From Candidatus Woesearchaeota archaeon (GTDB lineage: Archaea; Nanobdellota; Nanobdellia; Woesearchaeales; JACPBV01), in contig JACPBV010000023.1 in the NCBI GenBank assembly GCA_016180135.1, positions 7,405 to 71,404 on the forward strand: a stretch of 64,000 bases of DNA, read 5' to 3'. How positions within the stretch are numbered: position 1 is the first letter of the stretch; every line of letters starts with the position of its first letter. The translations under genes were made by a program, and so were the position numbers. A model generated the notes under the pieces. It saw only the letters and a program-made list of their open reading frames with translations. It searched no databases and had not been told where the DNA came from. This document shows, piece by piece, positions 36,187 to 46,357 of this stretch.

Positions 36187-38085
36187 ATGGCCCAGGGAAG
36201 TATGAAAAAAAAATCTCTCATCCGGGGGCAGGTCGCTTCGGAATACATCATCCTCTTGGGCATTGTCTTTGTTATCACTATTCCGCTTCTGTATTATGTG
36301 TTCAGGGAATCAGCAGTCACTGTCCAGCTCAATCAGGCAGATGAGACGATCAATGCGCTGGTGAAGGCTGCTGACAATGTCTACGCATTCGGCCCGGGGA
36401 CGAAGAAATACCTCTGGGTCAATGTCCCCGGAGGGATCCGCTCCTCGCTTCTTGACAATAAGACAATCCAGTATCAGATTGAGATATTTGGCGGCATCAG
36501 TGATGTTTTCGGCCTGACGCAGGGTGATGTCCGGGGGACTTTGCCGCTCGGAGAGGGGCAGCACCGGATTGCAGTTGAGATGACCTCTTCCGGCTATGTG
36601 CAGATCGGTGAAGCGAATGACACCTCTCCGCCTGTTGTGGTCTACACCTCTCCCAAAGGAACCATCAATTATAATGGGATAGTGCTGAAGCTTGCGACAA
36701 ATGAATATTCCTCCTGCAGATATGACTCCAATGATATTGATATCGGGTCAATGTTCAGCGAATTTTCCGGAAGCGCTTTGTCCCACGAGAAAGACTTGGG
36801 AATCCTTGACAATGGGAACTACACGTTCTTTGCGCGGTGCCAGGACCCCTCAGGAAATGCCATGCAGTCATCAGCTATAATCAATTTCACGATAGTTCCC
36901 CCGCTCTCCGGCAACACGACGCTTCCGGACACGAATGAGACTTATGAGCCTTACCTTCCGACAGTAACCCTTATTTCGCCGCCTACTGGATATGAGGATG
37001 CTCTCGGAACAGCAACCTTCTCATACAATGTGACAGACAATTCCTCAATATGGTATTGCCGGCTGATCATCAATGATTCCATTAAACAGACAGATTTCAA
37101 TGTCACAAGAAATACCCCTCAGAACTTCACTCAGGAGGCAATCGTTTCGGGAAGTTATGTATGGAATGTCAACTGCTCGGATGTCCATGGCAATGAAAAT
37201 TCAAGCCTATTCTGGAATTTCAGCTCGACGTCCCAGCAGGATTTTACACCTCCTGCGATCCAGCTGCTCAATCCTCCAGACAATGCTGTCAAGAAGACCA
37301 GCGTCATCAATTTTGATTATAACACCTCCGATACCGGATCCAATATCTCGAGCTGCAGCCTCACTGTCGCCGGAACATTGTCCGGCGGAGACCCTTTTTC
37401 CCAGTCGGTGAGCGATGATTCCGTCACAGAAAACATCACGCAAACATTTACCCTTGTCTTCAACAACGGCAACTACTCCTGGAACGTTTCCTGCGCCGAC
37501 AGCAGCGCAAACGCAAATTCCAATACCTCGCTCACAAGAAAGCTCCAGATAAACGCTTCTGACTCCTCAGGTGTTTCCCTTATGGATGTAGGTGTCGATG
37601 AGACCTGGTATTTCAAGACCGATGGCTATGGTTTATACACTCAGGACAGCCAGATGGCTTCGTGGTCCAATATCACTTTAAACCTGCTGGACGACAATGT
37701 GAACACTCCCCCCTCGACGAATGTCATCAGGACAAGGCAGAATGAAAAATATGAGGGTTTTGTCGCAAAAGTCAATGAGGACAGCAAATCGTATACAAAG
37801 ATTGTGCTTTACGGGAGAGTGAGCATGGTGGACGAGAGCCCATTTTTCCTCCGTGTTTACCCTTACTATCAGAATGGATCTGTCCTCACATCTCAATATG
37901 CCGAATTCTCGATCAACAGTTCTATACTCACTCAAAAAGTGAAATGGGTGGAGATGGATATCACCAATATCGCAAGAGCTGAAGACAACTTCGGCTGGCT
38001 TAGGATGCGCATCACTTCCAAGAATACTTCGGCGCAGCAGGATGAGCGCTTCCAATTCTCAGAACTCCATTACAAGGTGGGCTGA
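36187..38085 (+). CDS. Large class III signal-peptide surface protein with Ig-like repeats
   Basis: RGQ/VASEYIILLGIV; three Ig-like modules ending ARCQDPSGN, VNCSDVHGN and VSCADSSAN; many sequons. Confidence 0.8.
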   Translation: MAQGSMKKKSLIRGQVASEYIILLGIVFVITIPLLYYVFRESAVTVQLNQADETINALVKAADNVYAFGPGTKKYLWVNVPGGIRSSLLDNKTIQYQIEIFGGISDVFGLTQGDVRGTLPLGEGQHRIAVEMTSSGYVQIGEANDTSPPVVVYTSPKGTINYNGIVLKLATNEYSSCRYDSNDIDIGSMFSEFSGSALSHEKDLGILDNGNYTFFARCQDPSGNAMQSSAIINFTIVPPLSGNTTLPDTNETYEPYLPTVTLISPPTGYEDALGTATFSYNVTDNSSIWYCRLIINDSIKQTDFNVTRNTPQNFTQEAIVSGSYVWNVNCSDVHGNENSSLFWNFSSTSQQDFTPPAIQLLNPPDNAVKKTSVINFDYNTSDTGSNISSCSLTVAGTLSGGDPFSQSVSDDSVTENITQTFTLVFNNGNYSWNVSCADSSANANSNTSLTRKLQINASDSSGVSLMDVGVDETWYFKTDGYGLYTQDSQMASWSNITLNLLDDNVNTPPSTNVIRTRQNEKYEGFVAKVNEDSKSYTKIVLYGRVSMVDESPFFLRVYPYYQNGSVLTSQYAEFSINSSILTQKVKWVEMDITNIARAEDNFGWLRMRITSKNTSAQQDERFQFSELHYKVG

Positions 38086-38465
38086 TGGCAAGATCCCAGG
38101 TCGGTCTTGAGATGATGTTTGCATTTGCCTTGATGACTTTGCTTCTCTTAGTCCTTTTCGGATTCTCTTTCACAATATCTGCAGACCAGCAGAAGACCAA
38201 GGCGCAGGTGAACCAGGAGCATTCCTGCTGGGCGCTTTCCTCGCTGATAACTTCGGCATTTGTCGGGGGGAGCGGGCTTACGCTCAACACCACGCTTGCC
38301 TTCAGCAGCATCATCAATGACAGCTTCTCCACGTCAGAGAAAGGCATAATGCTCGAAAAAGCATCCTGCCTGTTGAATATCAATCAAGTGGACAATGAAG
38401 TGTTGGAGGCAGGGGCAATCTCAATAACTAATTCGAACAATTATATTGAAGTAAGGAACGTATGA
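38085..38465 (+). CDS. Minor pilin-like protein
   Basis: RSQ/VGLEMMFAFAL class III-like signal; start overlaps the upstream stop. Confidence 0.75.
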   Translation: MARSQVGLEMMFAFALMTLLLLVLFGFSFTISADQQKTKAQVNQEHSCWALSSLITSAFVGGSGLTLNTTLAFSSIINDSFSTSEKGIMLEKASCLLNINQVDNEVLEAGAISITNSNNYIEVRNV

Positions 38466-38521
38466 GGTTATGAACGTATGAGTTTAAGGACGTTTGATTT
38501 TAAGATTGTGTGGGTCAAAAT

Positions 38522-39019
38522 ATGAAGAGCTCAAGGATTTTCAGGAAGTCGCAGATAACCCTGTTGGACCTTCTAATCTCCTTTGGGATGGCTTCGCTTC
38601 TTATAGTCATTGTGGTCTTAGGATGGAATTTCTACAATGGCCTGCTCCTTGCCCAGCAAAAAGAAAAGTTCATGGAGCTCTCAGCCATGCAGGCTCTTGA
38701 CCTTCTTGTGAAATCCCCGGGAGAGCCTGTCTCCTGGGAAGATTCTGCGGCGTCTGCAGAGGTGATTGGGCTTGCATCGTCGGACAGGAACCTTTCCTCA
38801 AAAAAAGTCCAGGCAATTGGGCTCCTCTCTTACAACGCTACCGAAAAGCTTCTTGGCATCGGGCTTTTGGACTTCCAGCTTACCCTGAGGCACCGGAATG
38901 GCACTGCCCTCTCCACATTCGGCAAAAGCCAGCCTTCAAACATCCCCGTCATTTCCCTGCAGAGGCACGTATTATTTGAGAATCTTCCTGCGACGATTGA
39001 GATGGCAGTCTGGGAGTAG
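38522..39019 (+). CDS. Minor pilin-like protein
   Basis: RKSQ/ITLLDLLISFG; DLLVKSPGEPVSWE and IGLA motifs. Confidence 0.78.
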   Translation: MKSSRIFRKSQITLLDLLISFGMASLLIVIVVLGWNFYNGLLLAQQKEKFMELSAMQALDLLVKSPGEPVSWEDSAASAEVIGLASSDRNLSSKKVQAIGLLSYNATEKLLGIGLLDFQLTLRHRNGTALSTFGKSQPSNIPVISLQRHVLFENLPATIEMAVWE

Positions 39020-39043
39020 AACCAACAAGCCATTGATGGCACT

Positions 39044-39478
39044 ATGGAAAAAGCAAAAATGTCTTTTAGCAAGGCTAGGGGGTTAAAAAAGGCTTTCCTT
39101 TTTTCTATTGATGCGTTAGTTGCAGTTATCATCTTATTCCTTTTGCTCACTGCTGCGGTTTATTATGCCGCGAAGGGCAGCGAAGATCCCCTCTCTCAGC
39201 TCCACACCATCCGCATCGGATCTGACATCCTTGCTTTGCTTGACCATCAGGGGGCGCTGGGTTCCTTATCAGTTGAGAACATCTCGATTGAGCTGAACTC
39301 CCTTTTGCCTGTAAACCATGAGATGGCTGTCTCAATCGAATGCGGCAATAAGGATCCATTGGCTGTCGAGACTTCAGAGTCTGTTCCGCAAAACAGGTTT
39401 ATCGGCGCAGGAAAAAGAGTTTTTCTCGCAAAAGATTTTGCTCCCTGCATTGCGGGTTATCAAATATGGCTGAAATGA
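39044..39478 (+). CDS. Minor pilin-like protein
   Basis: KKA/FLFSIDALVAVII; SDILALLD motif. Confidence 0.78.
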   Translation: MEKAKMSFSKARGLKKAFLFSIDALVAVIILFLLLTAAVYYAAKGSEDPLSQLHTIRIGSDILALLDHQGALGSLSVENISIELNSLLPVNHEMAVSIECGNKDPLAVETSESVPQNRFIGAGKRVFLAKDFAPCIAGYQIWLK

Positions 39479-39646
39479 ATGGTTTGCTACAGATGAAATG
39501 AAACTCTTACCGATGGCTGAAATGAAAACTGCACTACAGATGAAACAACTGGATTACTATGGCTGAAATGAAAACTTTACCGATGGCTGAAATGAAAACT
39601 GCACTACAGATGAAACAACTGGATTACTATGGCTGAAATGAAAACT
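39466..39646 (+). repeat. Junction-derived repeat array
   Basis: ATGGCTGAAATGAA at 39466, 39513, 39559, 39583 and 39629; perfect 70-bp duplication 39507-39576 / 39577-39646. Confidence 0.92.
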
Positions 39647-40489
39647 TTGATAAGGATAGCCCGGAATAAGCGGGGTGTTTTCCTGGCATTAGGGATGCTC
39701 TTCATAGGGATTGTCCTTGTCTCCCATGCTGTCCTGCTCGGCAGGAATGCCCAACAGGCTGAAGAGCTTGCTGCCAAGCTTGCTGCGCTTGACAGGGTCT
39801 ATGACCTGGATGCATCATTGCAGAAAAGCATCAGGGAGATATTTTTTGCAAAGTCAGGGATTTCTGCCCAGATGACTAACACAAGCATCTCATTCCTCGA
39901 GGTTATCCCCAATTTGCAGGCATCACTGCTTAATACCACCATGCGCTCGTTTGAATCGTATATCGAGAGCAAAATCCCATCGGTGAACATTTCAACCAAA
40001 ATAATCGCTTTGGAGATGCCGATTTCCATCTCGCCGTTGAATATCAACTATACCCATACGGGCTTTGGGGGGCAGGACATCATCATCAAGACCAAACAGC
40101 AGAACTTCAACGGATTTAATGTCGGGATTATCCTGAATCAGAATGTCACCGGGTGCAGCGCTGAATTTGAAGAGCAGGGGAGCCTGAATTTTTCCTACAA
40201 TATCATCGGGCCTGATGGGAACACCTGCTCCGGCTCCTCAATGGTCGCATGGGACGAGGAAAGTGAGGTGGAGATAAACGGAGAAGCCCTTAAGATAGAG
40301 CTTGAGGACGGGCAGCTTTCGATAACCTTCGATGAAGAGGGGCTTAGAGGCACAGTCAACACAACCCTCTTGGCCTCCGTCACAAAGGCAACAGCCCTTA
40401 CCTATCCCCCTGCTCTTGTATCAATAACTGAAAACACAACCCGCATCCATAAGGATTCTTCAGTAACCTTGATGAGGTTACCATCTTAA
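39629..40489 (+). CDS. Pilin-like/surface protein
   Basis: NKRG/VFLALGMLFIG class III-like signal; many sequons. Confidence 0.72.
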   Translation: MAEMKTLIRIARNKRGVFLALGMLFIGIVLVSHAVLLGRNAQQAEELAAKLAALDRVYDLDASLQKSIREIFFAKSGISAQMTNTSISFLEVIPNLQASLLNTTMRSFESYIESKIPSVNISTKIIALEMPISISPLNINYTHTGFGGQDIIIKTKQQNFNGFNVGIILNQNVTGCSAEFEEQGSLNFSYNIIGPDGNTCSGSSMVAWDEESEVEINGEALKIELEDGQLSITFDEEGLRGTVNTTLLASVTKATALTYPPALVSITENTTRIHKDSSVTLMRLPS

Positions 40490-40591
40490 AATTACAACAC
40501 ATCTTTAAGAACGGCAGGCGCATGAGTATTCTTTCCTGGAGGGTTTAAATGCATATCTTTGGTAGGTAAGGTGCTAAATTTGGTAGGTAAG

Positions 40592-41671
40592 ATGCTAAAA
40601 GAAAGCCAGAACATCAACCGGTTTGCAAAGCTCTTATTCATCACGCTCCTGTTTTTTCTCATCGGAATCTCAATCACCCTGTTCACCTACAGGCTTTTTC
40701 CGTCTGAAGAGCCCCGGAGCGCGCTTTTCTTATTCCTGGCGATGGGGCTGCTCTTTGCCAGCGCTTTGGCTATGATCGTCCGTGATAAGTTTCCTGGATG
40801 GAAGGCCAATAAGCTCAACAGGCTCAACGAGCTAAACCAGCTCAACAAACTCCAGAAGATTTTTTCTTTTCATCCCTATTCCAGCATATTCGCTGCCCAC
40901 AAAACACAAAGAAGAAAGCAGCAGGAATCCAGCGCAAACAGCATCATCCACGGGTTTTTCTCAGCCTGCAGGAAATTTGATAGAAACTTCGCCTCATCAT
41001 TCAAGTCTATGTTCAGCCCCAAGGTGCTTAAATCCAAATCTCTTAGTGGCCGGGGACTTTTTAAGGGACGGATATCAAATAAAGAAAAAGCAGGGCTCAT
41101 GCACCTGCCAAAGATTCCCACCAGGGATTATCTGCTTGGCACAGAACAGTCAAAAAAAATCTTTTATGCCGCTTCGTTCCTCTTTGGTGTTATCACCTTC
41201 TTTTTGGGATTTTTCTGGAGGATTCCGGCGCTGATGGCGTTATCGTTAATCCTGATGTTCCAGACATTGGCAGGATACAGGGCGCTCAACAAATCATCAA
41301 AGGAAACTGCTGGGAAAAAGCCAAGGCTGGAAAAAATATTGGCCAGGCAGAATCTTCCTGCTGGAACTAAGGGGAAGCCCAATACATCAAATGCATCAGG
41401 ATGGGCTTTGCAAAAGCCAGTTAAAATCATACCTTATGGGGTGACGCTGGTCATCGGTAAGAACCAGACCGACCTCGATGCAGTATATGCGCTGCTCGAG
41501 AGCTACGGGAAGATTAAGATTTCAGCAATAGCCAAGTTTTTCCAGATAGACCATAAGATGGCAGAGGAGTGGGCAGCGATCCTCCAGGACCACGATCTTG
41601 CAGAGATACACTATCCTGCGTTTGGAGGGCCGGAGTTGAGAAAATGGAACAAGGAGAAACCTACAGCATAG
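40592..41671 (+). CDS. Membrane protein with a C-terminal wHTH-like domain
   Basis: Four TM segments; TDLDAVYALL...KIKISAIAKFF...AEEWAAIL...IHYPAFG; start lies in a 21-bp duplication (40558-40599). Confidence 0.7.
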   Translation: MLKESQNINRFAKLLFITLLFFLIGISITLFTYRLFPSEEPRSALFLFLAMGLLFASALAMIVRDKFPGWKANKLNRLNELNQLNKLQKIFSFHPYSSIFAAHKTQRRKQQESSANSIIHGFFSACRKFDRNFASSFKSMFSPKVLKSKSLSGRGLFKGRISNKEKAGLMHLPKIPTRDYLLGTEQSKKIFYAASFLFGVITFFLGFFWRIPALMALSLILMFQTLAGYRALNKSSKETAGKKPRLEKILARQNLPAGTKGKPNTSNASGWALQKPVKIIPYGVTLVIGKNQTDLDAVYALLESYGKIKISAIAKFFQIDHKMAEEWAAILQDHDLAEIHYPAFGGPELRKWNKEKPTA

Positions 41672-43146
41672 AGGCCGACGGGGTAAAAGCCGAAGTCACC
41701 ATCGGCGGCAAAGGGATGGTGAAGCTCTACAGCCTGGCTGTGCCGCCATTAAGCGCCCCGACTCTCGCATTGGTCGATGAGATCAAGCATGAGCTTATCA
41801 CTGAGGTAAAAGTGAGCGCTGCAGAGATGCTCGACCCAAAAGTCATGGAGCGCCTGAAGGAAAAGTTCAGGGAAAAAGCTGAAGATCTCCTGAGAAAAAA
41901 GATTCCCACAATCCGTGAAGCCACAGCGCATTTCCTCACAGGCACGCTCTTGCACGAGATGCTCGGCTTTGGAAAGCTTGAATTCTTAATACAGGATCCT
42001 GCGCTTGAGGAAGTCGTCATCAACACTTCTGGCGAGGCAGTAAGGGTCTATCACAAAGCTTACGGCTGGCTTGAGACAGATGTTTTTGTCGAGGCTGAGG
42101 AGAAGATTCTGAACTATGCGAACCTCATCGCAAGGCGTGTCGGGAGGCAGATCTCGATCCTGAGCCCGCTGCTGGATGCGCATCTGGTCACAGGCGACAG
42201 GGCTAATGCAGTCCTCTATCCAATCTCCAACAAAGGGAATACAATCACTATAAGGAAATTTGCAAGGGACCCCTGGACCATTACCGACCTCCTGAAGAAC
42301 AAGACAACCAACGAGGCTGTCGCTTCGCTCATCTGGCTTGCTATCCAATATGAGATGAGTGTGCTGATCAGCGGAGGGACTGCTTCAGGCAAGACCTCTT
42401 TCCTCAATGTCTGCATGCCGTTTATCCCGCCCAATCAGAGGATCCTGAGCATCGAAGACACCAGGGAGCTGCAGCTTCCTGAGTTCCTGTATTGGTGCCC
42501 CCTCCTGACACGGCAGCCCAATCCCGAAGGGAAGGGTGAAGTGAGCATGCTTGATCTGCTGGTCAATGCCCTCCGTATGAGGCCGGATAGGATCATCCTC
42601 GGAGAGATGAGAAAAAAGGCCGAAGCAGAAGTGCTTTTTGAGGCGATGCACACCGGCCACAGTGTTTATGCGACAGTCCATGCAGATTCCATGGGCGAGA
42701 CGATCCAGCGGTTAGTGAACCCCCCCATTGAAGTGCCAAAAAATCTTCTCAGCGGGGTGAATCTCAATGTTGTGCTTTTGCGTGACAGGAAAAAGGGGAC
42801 AAGGAGGACGTTTCAGGTAGGCGAGTTTATTGTCTCAGAAGAAGGCGGCTCGATAACGGTAAGCCCCAATATCCTTTACCGCTGGAAGCCTGCCAATGAC
42901 GCCATCGTAGCCCATTCCCCCCCGGCAAGGCTGTTCGAAGAGATCAGCAGGCATACCGGCATGAGCCAGGAGGATATCAGCAGGGACCTCCTGATGAAGC
43001 AGAGAATCCTGAAATACATGGTGAAGAACAACATCAGGAGCCTCCACGACGTCGGGAAATTACTGCACCGCTACTACACTGATATTGACTTTGTGGAAAA
43101 CATCGTGAAGAAAGACGGTCCGCCTGATAAGCTCACAAAAGATTAG
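41644..43146 (+). CDS. Type IV pilus assembly ATPase (TadA/CpaF/VirB11 family)
   Basis: DPALEEVVIN, TITIRKF, SGGTASGKTS, SIEDTREL, ALRMRPDRIILGEMR, MHTGHS. Confidence 0.95.
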   Translation: MEQGETYSIEADGVKAEVTIGGKGMVKLYSLAVPPLSAPTLALVDEIKHELITEVKVSAAEMLDPKVMERLKEKFREKAEDLLRKKIPTIREATAHFLTGTLLHEMLGFGKLEFLIQDPALEEVVINTSGEAVRVYHKAYGWLETDVFVEAEEKILNYANLIARRVGRQISILSPLLDAHLVTGDRANAVLYPISNKGNTITIRKFARDPWTITDLLKNKTTNEAVASLIWLAIQYEMSVLISGGTASGKTSFLNVCMPFIPPNQRILSIEDTRELQLPEFLYWCPLLTRQPNPEGKGEVSMLDLLVNALRMRPDRIILGEMRKKAEAEVLFEAMHTGHSVYATVHADSMGETIQRLVNPPIEVPKNLLSGVNLNVVLLRDRKKGTRRTFQVGEFIVSEEGGSITVSPNILYRWKPANDAIVAHSPPARLFEEISRHTGMSQEDISRDLLMKQRILKYMVKNNIRSLHDVGKLLHRYYTDIDFVENIVKKDGPPDKLTKD

Positions 43147-43182
43147 ATAACATTATTTGTGGTGGGAATAACTAAACGGGCG

Positions 43183-43337
43183 ATAGCTGCAGAGGAAATA
43201 GTTATAGAGGAAATAACCATAGACGAAATAGCTGCAGAGGAAATAACCGTAGAAGAAATACCTGTTGGGGCAATTATTGTGAGATAACGACCACAGGATA
43301 ATGAACACGAGGATAATGAACACGAGGATAATGAACC
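43183..43337. repeat. Two 15-bp tandem repeat tracts between the ATPase and TadC genes
   Basis: ATAGCTGCAGAGGAA-like units x5, then GAGGATAATGAACAC-like units x3. Confidence 0.8.
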
Positions 43338-43431
43338 ATATGAAATTCGCGATGAGGGCAAGGGTTCGGGGGCAGCATGCTTATTTACGGCTGCCTTTAC
43401 GTCTGGCTGTTTTCCAATCGGAGTGCTTCGC

Positions 43432-44328
43432 ATGAAAAGATTCCGCCTGCCATATTCGATCATATCATTTTCCGCAGCAAGACGGCTTTCGGCCTCTATG
43501 ATTGGCATTGGTGATTCCCTGCAGGGCATGTTCCCATTCCTGAAGCTCCATCTCAAGCAGGCCCAGATTGATATTTCAGTCAAGGAATATCTCAGCGCAT
43601 GCATTGTCGCAAGCCTGTCATTTTCGGTGTTTTTTGGCGCGTTGCTTTTCATGGTTTTGCGGGTGTCAGGGGTTGAGAAAGCTATCACCTTCAGCCTGGC
43701 GGTCTCAGGAGTCTTTACACTTTTTGTGCTTCTGCAGCAGATAGTTTACCCTAAAATATTTGCCCAGCGGAGGGTCAAGGATATTGAGAAGAACCTTTTG
43801 CCGACCCTCCAGAATATGGTCGTCCAGCTGAATGCAGGAGTGCCCCTCTTTGATGCGATTGTGAACATAGCAAACAGCGATTATGGGGGAGTCTCGACGG
43901 AGTTCTCGAGGGCTGTCAAGAGCATCAGCGCAGGAAACCCTCAGATCGAGGCCCTTGAGGAGATTGCTGCCGTAAACCCGTCGCTTTTTTTCAGGAGAGC
44001 CATCTGGCAGCTGGTGAACGGCATGAAGTCGGGGGCAGATATCTCGAGGGTCATCAACGAGATCATCTCTTCTTTGTCTGAAGAGCAGCTGCTGCAGATC
44101 CAGAGGTATGGCAGCCAGCTTAATCCCCTTGCCATGTTTTATATGCTCGTTGTTGTCATCGTCCCATCATTAGGCATGACGTTTCTGATCATCCTGTCCT
44201 CGTTTATCTCGCTGGATGAGCAGACTACAAAAACAATCTTTTGGGCGCTTTTAGGCATCGTCGTGTTTTTCCAGATAATGTTCATGGGCATCATCAAATC
44301 AAAAAGGCCAAATCTTTTGAGCGACTGA
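43432..44328 (+). CDS. TadC / T2SS-F family membrane platform protein
   Basis: LNAGVPLFDAI, YGGVSTEF, FRRAIWQLVNGMKSGADI, LAMFYMLVVVIVPSLG. Confidence 0.9.
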   Translation: MKRFRLPYSIISFSAARRLSASMIGIGDSLQGMFPFLKLHLKQAQIDISVKEYLSACIVASLSFSVFFGALLFMVLRVSGVEKAITFSLAVSGVFTLFVLLQQIVYPKIFAQRRVKDIEKNLLPTLQNMVVQLNAGVPLFDAIVNIANSDYGGVSTEFSRAVKSISAGNPQIEALEEIAAVNPSLFFRRAIWQLVNGMKSGADISRVINEIISSLSEEQLLQIQRYGSQLNPLAMFYMLVVVIVPSLGMTFLIILSSFISLDEQTTKTIFWALLGIVVFFQIMFMGIIKSKRPNLLSD

Positions 44329-44566
44329 ATTTGATGCGGAATCATGCGAGAATTGGCTATTATCAGAGGACTGGCTATTATCAGAGGGTGGGGCTTGTTT
44401 GCCTCAGGGCGTCTGATCATAAATATTTGAGAAAGAGTGTTTAAGATTGAGCATCTGAGAATAAGCATTTGAAAATAATTGTTTAGGATTGAGTGTTCAA
44501 GAAGGGGTGTTTACCTATAAAACCCTAAGTGTTTGGCTATAACCAGCTGAGAAGGAGTGTTTTACC

Positions 44567-45538
44567 ATGTACCGATTTGTTGCTGAGGCGCTGCCGGAGA
44601 ATATCACAAAGAATTATTTTTCCCTCCTTAAATATTCTGGCGTCAAATCACCGCCGGAAAGGTTCTTGGGCTTTGTGGTGGTGTTTGGGGTTCTCCTGGG
44701 CTTTGCCGGAATGTTCTTTTCAGGGATATTTTTCGGCTTTAGCCTGCTGTTTTCTTTTTTGGCTGCTTTTGCCGGTTTTCAGATGCTGGTCTATGTCTCT
44801 TTGATGCTCAGAGCTGATGCGAAAGCGCGTTTTGTTGAGAGTATCCTTCCTGATGTGCTCCAGCTGATGGCATCAAACCTGAGGGCGGGCCTCACCACGG
44901 AAAGGGCTTTGCTTGCATCGTCACGGCCGGAATTCGGGCCTTTCCAGGACGACATAAACCAGGTGGGAAGGGAGATCACGATGGGAAAGAGCATCATCGA
45001 AGCGCTTTTGAAGCTCGGAAAAAAATTCCGCTCACAGCGCCTGCAGAAAACAATTTCCCTGATCGTCTCCGGCCTGCAGTCGGGGGGTGAACTCGCCTCG
45101 CTGCTCGAGCAGACCGCAAGAAATGTGAGGCAGGAAGCGTTGGTTGACAGCAGGATAAAAGCAAATGTGATGATGTATGTGATCTTTGTCGTGATTGCGC
45201 TCTGCCTTGGCGCCCCATTGCTGTTTGGGCTGAGCTCATTCCTTGTGGAGGTATTGTCAAAAAATCTGTCGAGCATCAGCATCCCCGAAGGGACTATGTC
45301 CAATCTCCCGTTCAAACTTGGAAAGTCAACTGTCCCGCTGGATTTCATCCTCCAGTTCTCGGTGGCTTACCTTGTCATCGCATCAACGCTCGGGTCTATG
45401 CTTATCGGCCTCATCTCAAAAGGCAGGGAGCGTGAAGGGTTAAAATACGCCCCGTTCATCATTGCAGCAAGCCTCTTAGTGTTTTATCTCGCAAGAAGCA
45501 GCGTCAGGAATCTGCTGAGCGGAATAATGGGGATATAA
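44567..45538 (+). CDS. Second TadB/TadC / T2SS-F family protein
   Basis: LPDVLQLMASNLRAGLTTERAL, GLQSGGELASLLEQTA. Confidence 0.9.
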   Translation: MYRFVAEALPENITKNYFSLLKYSGVKSPPERFLGFVVVFGVLLGFAGMFFSGIFFGFSLLFSFLAAFAGFQMLVYVSLMLRADAKARFVESILPDVLQLMASNLRAGLTTERALLASSRPEFGPFQDDINQVGREITMGKSIIEALLKLGKKFRSQRLQKTISLIVSGLQSGGELASLLEQTARNVRQEALVDSRIKANVMMYVIFVVIALCLGAPLLFGLSSFLVEVLSKNLSSISIPEGTMSNLPFKLGKSTVPLDFILQFSVAYLVIASTLGSMLIGLISKGREREGLKYAPFIIAASLLVFYLARSSVRNLLSGIMGI

Positions 45539-45590
45539 AATCGGGGGCATAAGGTGGCTGGAATCAAAGAAATTGAGAACTTAAGACATC

Positions 45591-45746
45591 GGGGATATTG
45601 AAAACTTAAACTATTGAGAACTTAAGCTATTGGGAGCTTAAGGGTTGGAGATATTGGGAACTTAAGATATTGGGGATATTGAAAACTTAAGCAATTGAGA
45701 ACTTAAGCTATTGGGAGCTTAAGGGTTGGAGATATTGGGAACTTAA
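45591..45746. repeat. 81-bp direct repeat x2 built from ~15-bp ATTG(A/G)GAACTTAAG subunits
   Basis: GGGGATATTGAAAACTTAA at 45591 and 45672, between convergent genes. Confidence 0.88.
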
Positions 45747-45798
45747 AATGTTGGAAAATCAAGCTGTTGGAGATTTAGTGCTCCGAATGTTTTCCCAG

Positions 45799-46263
45799 CT
45801 AATCTCTTATTGACTTCCGCTTTCTCCGTGCTTTCTTTTGTTCTATCACTTTCCTGATGTCCTGAGCCTGCAATTCAAACCCAAATTCCTTGCTCATAGT
45901 GAGAATCTGGTATGCGGTTACCACAAAAATCAGGAACGCCATCGTGATGAACACATACCCCGGATAAAGGAGCATCTCGTTGACTGTCTCTCTCCACCTC
46001 AGGAGCTTGGAGATAGTATGCCAGATGGAAAACAGCAGGATAAACAGGAGGCAGTAAAGGAAGTTGGTCGTATGCTTCCTGAGCGAAGAGCCTTTTGACA
46101 GCGCACCGATCGCCATCGTTGTCCAGATAACTGCGAGGACGCCAAACGATACTGTCACAAATCCGATGGCAATCTCAGTGTCCACAATCACCCGGAAGAT
46201 AACCACAAGCCCGGATGCAACTGCAATAAGCCCTAATATCGCTGCAAGCTTCTTATCCATCAT
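45799..46263 (-). CDS. Four-TM membrane protein
   Basis: Hydrophobic helices with a basic C-terminal tail; GAGGTG before the ATG. Confidence 0.7.
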   Translation of the reverse strand: MMDKKLAAILGLIAVASGLVVIFRVIVDTEIAIGFVTVSFGVLAVIWTTMAIGALSKGSSLRKHTTNFLYCLLFILLFSIWHTISKLLRWRETVNEMLLYPGYVFITMAFLIFVVTAYQILTMSKEFGFELQAQDIRKVIEQKKARRKRKSIRD

Positions 46264-46357
46264 AAACACCTCTTTTTTTATCATCAAACTATTCTGAGTC
46301 TGCTGCCCCAATTGCCGCCTATCTCAATGGGCTGGATCATTAAAAAAACTCCTCCAG

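Noticed and set aside
43143-43688. 181-aa minus-strand ORF with SSAAI/SCSL repeats
   Set aside because: Antisense to tadC and kept open by 15-bp repeats; no independent coding signal.
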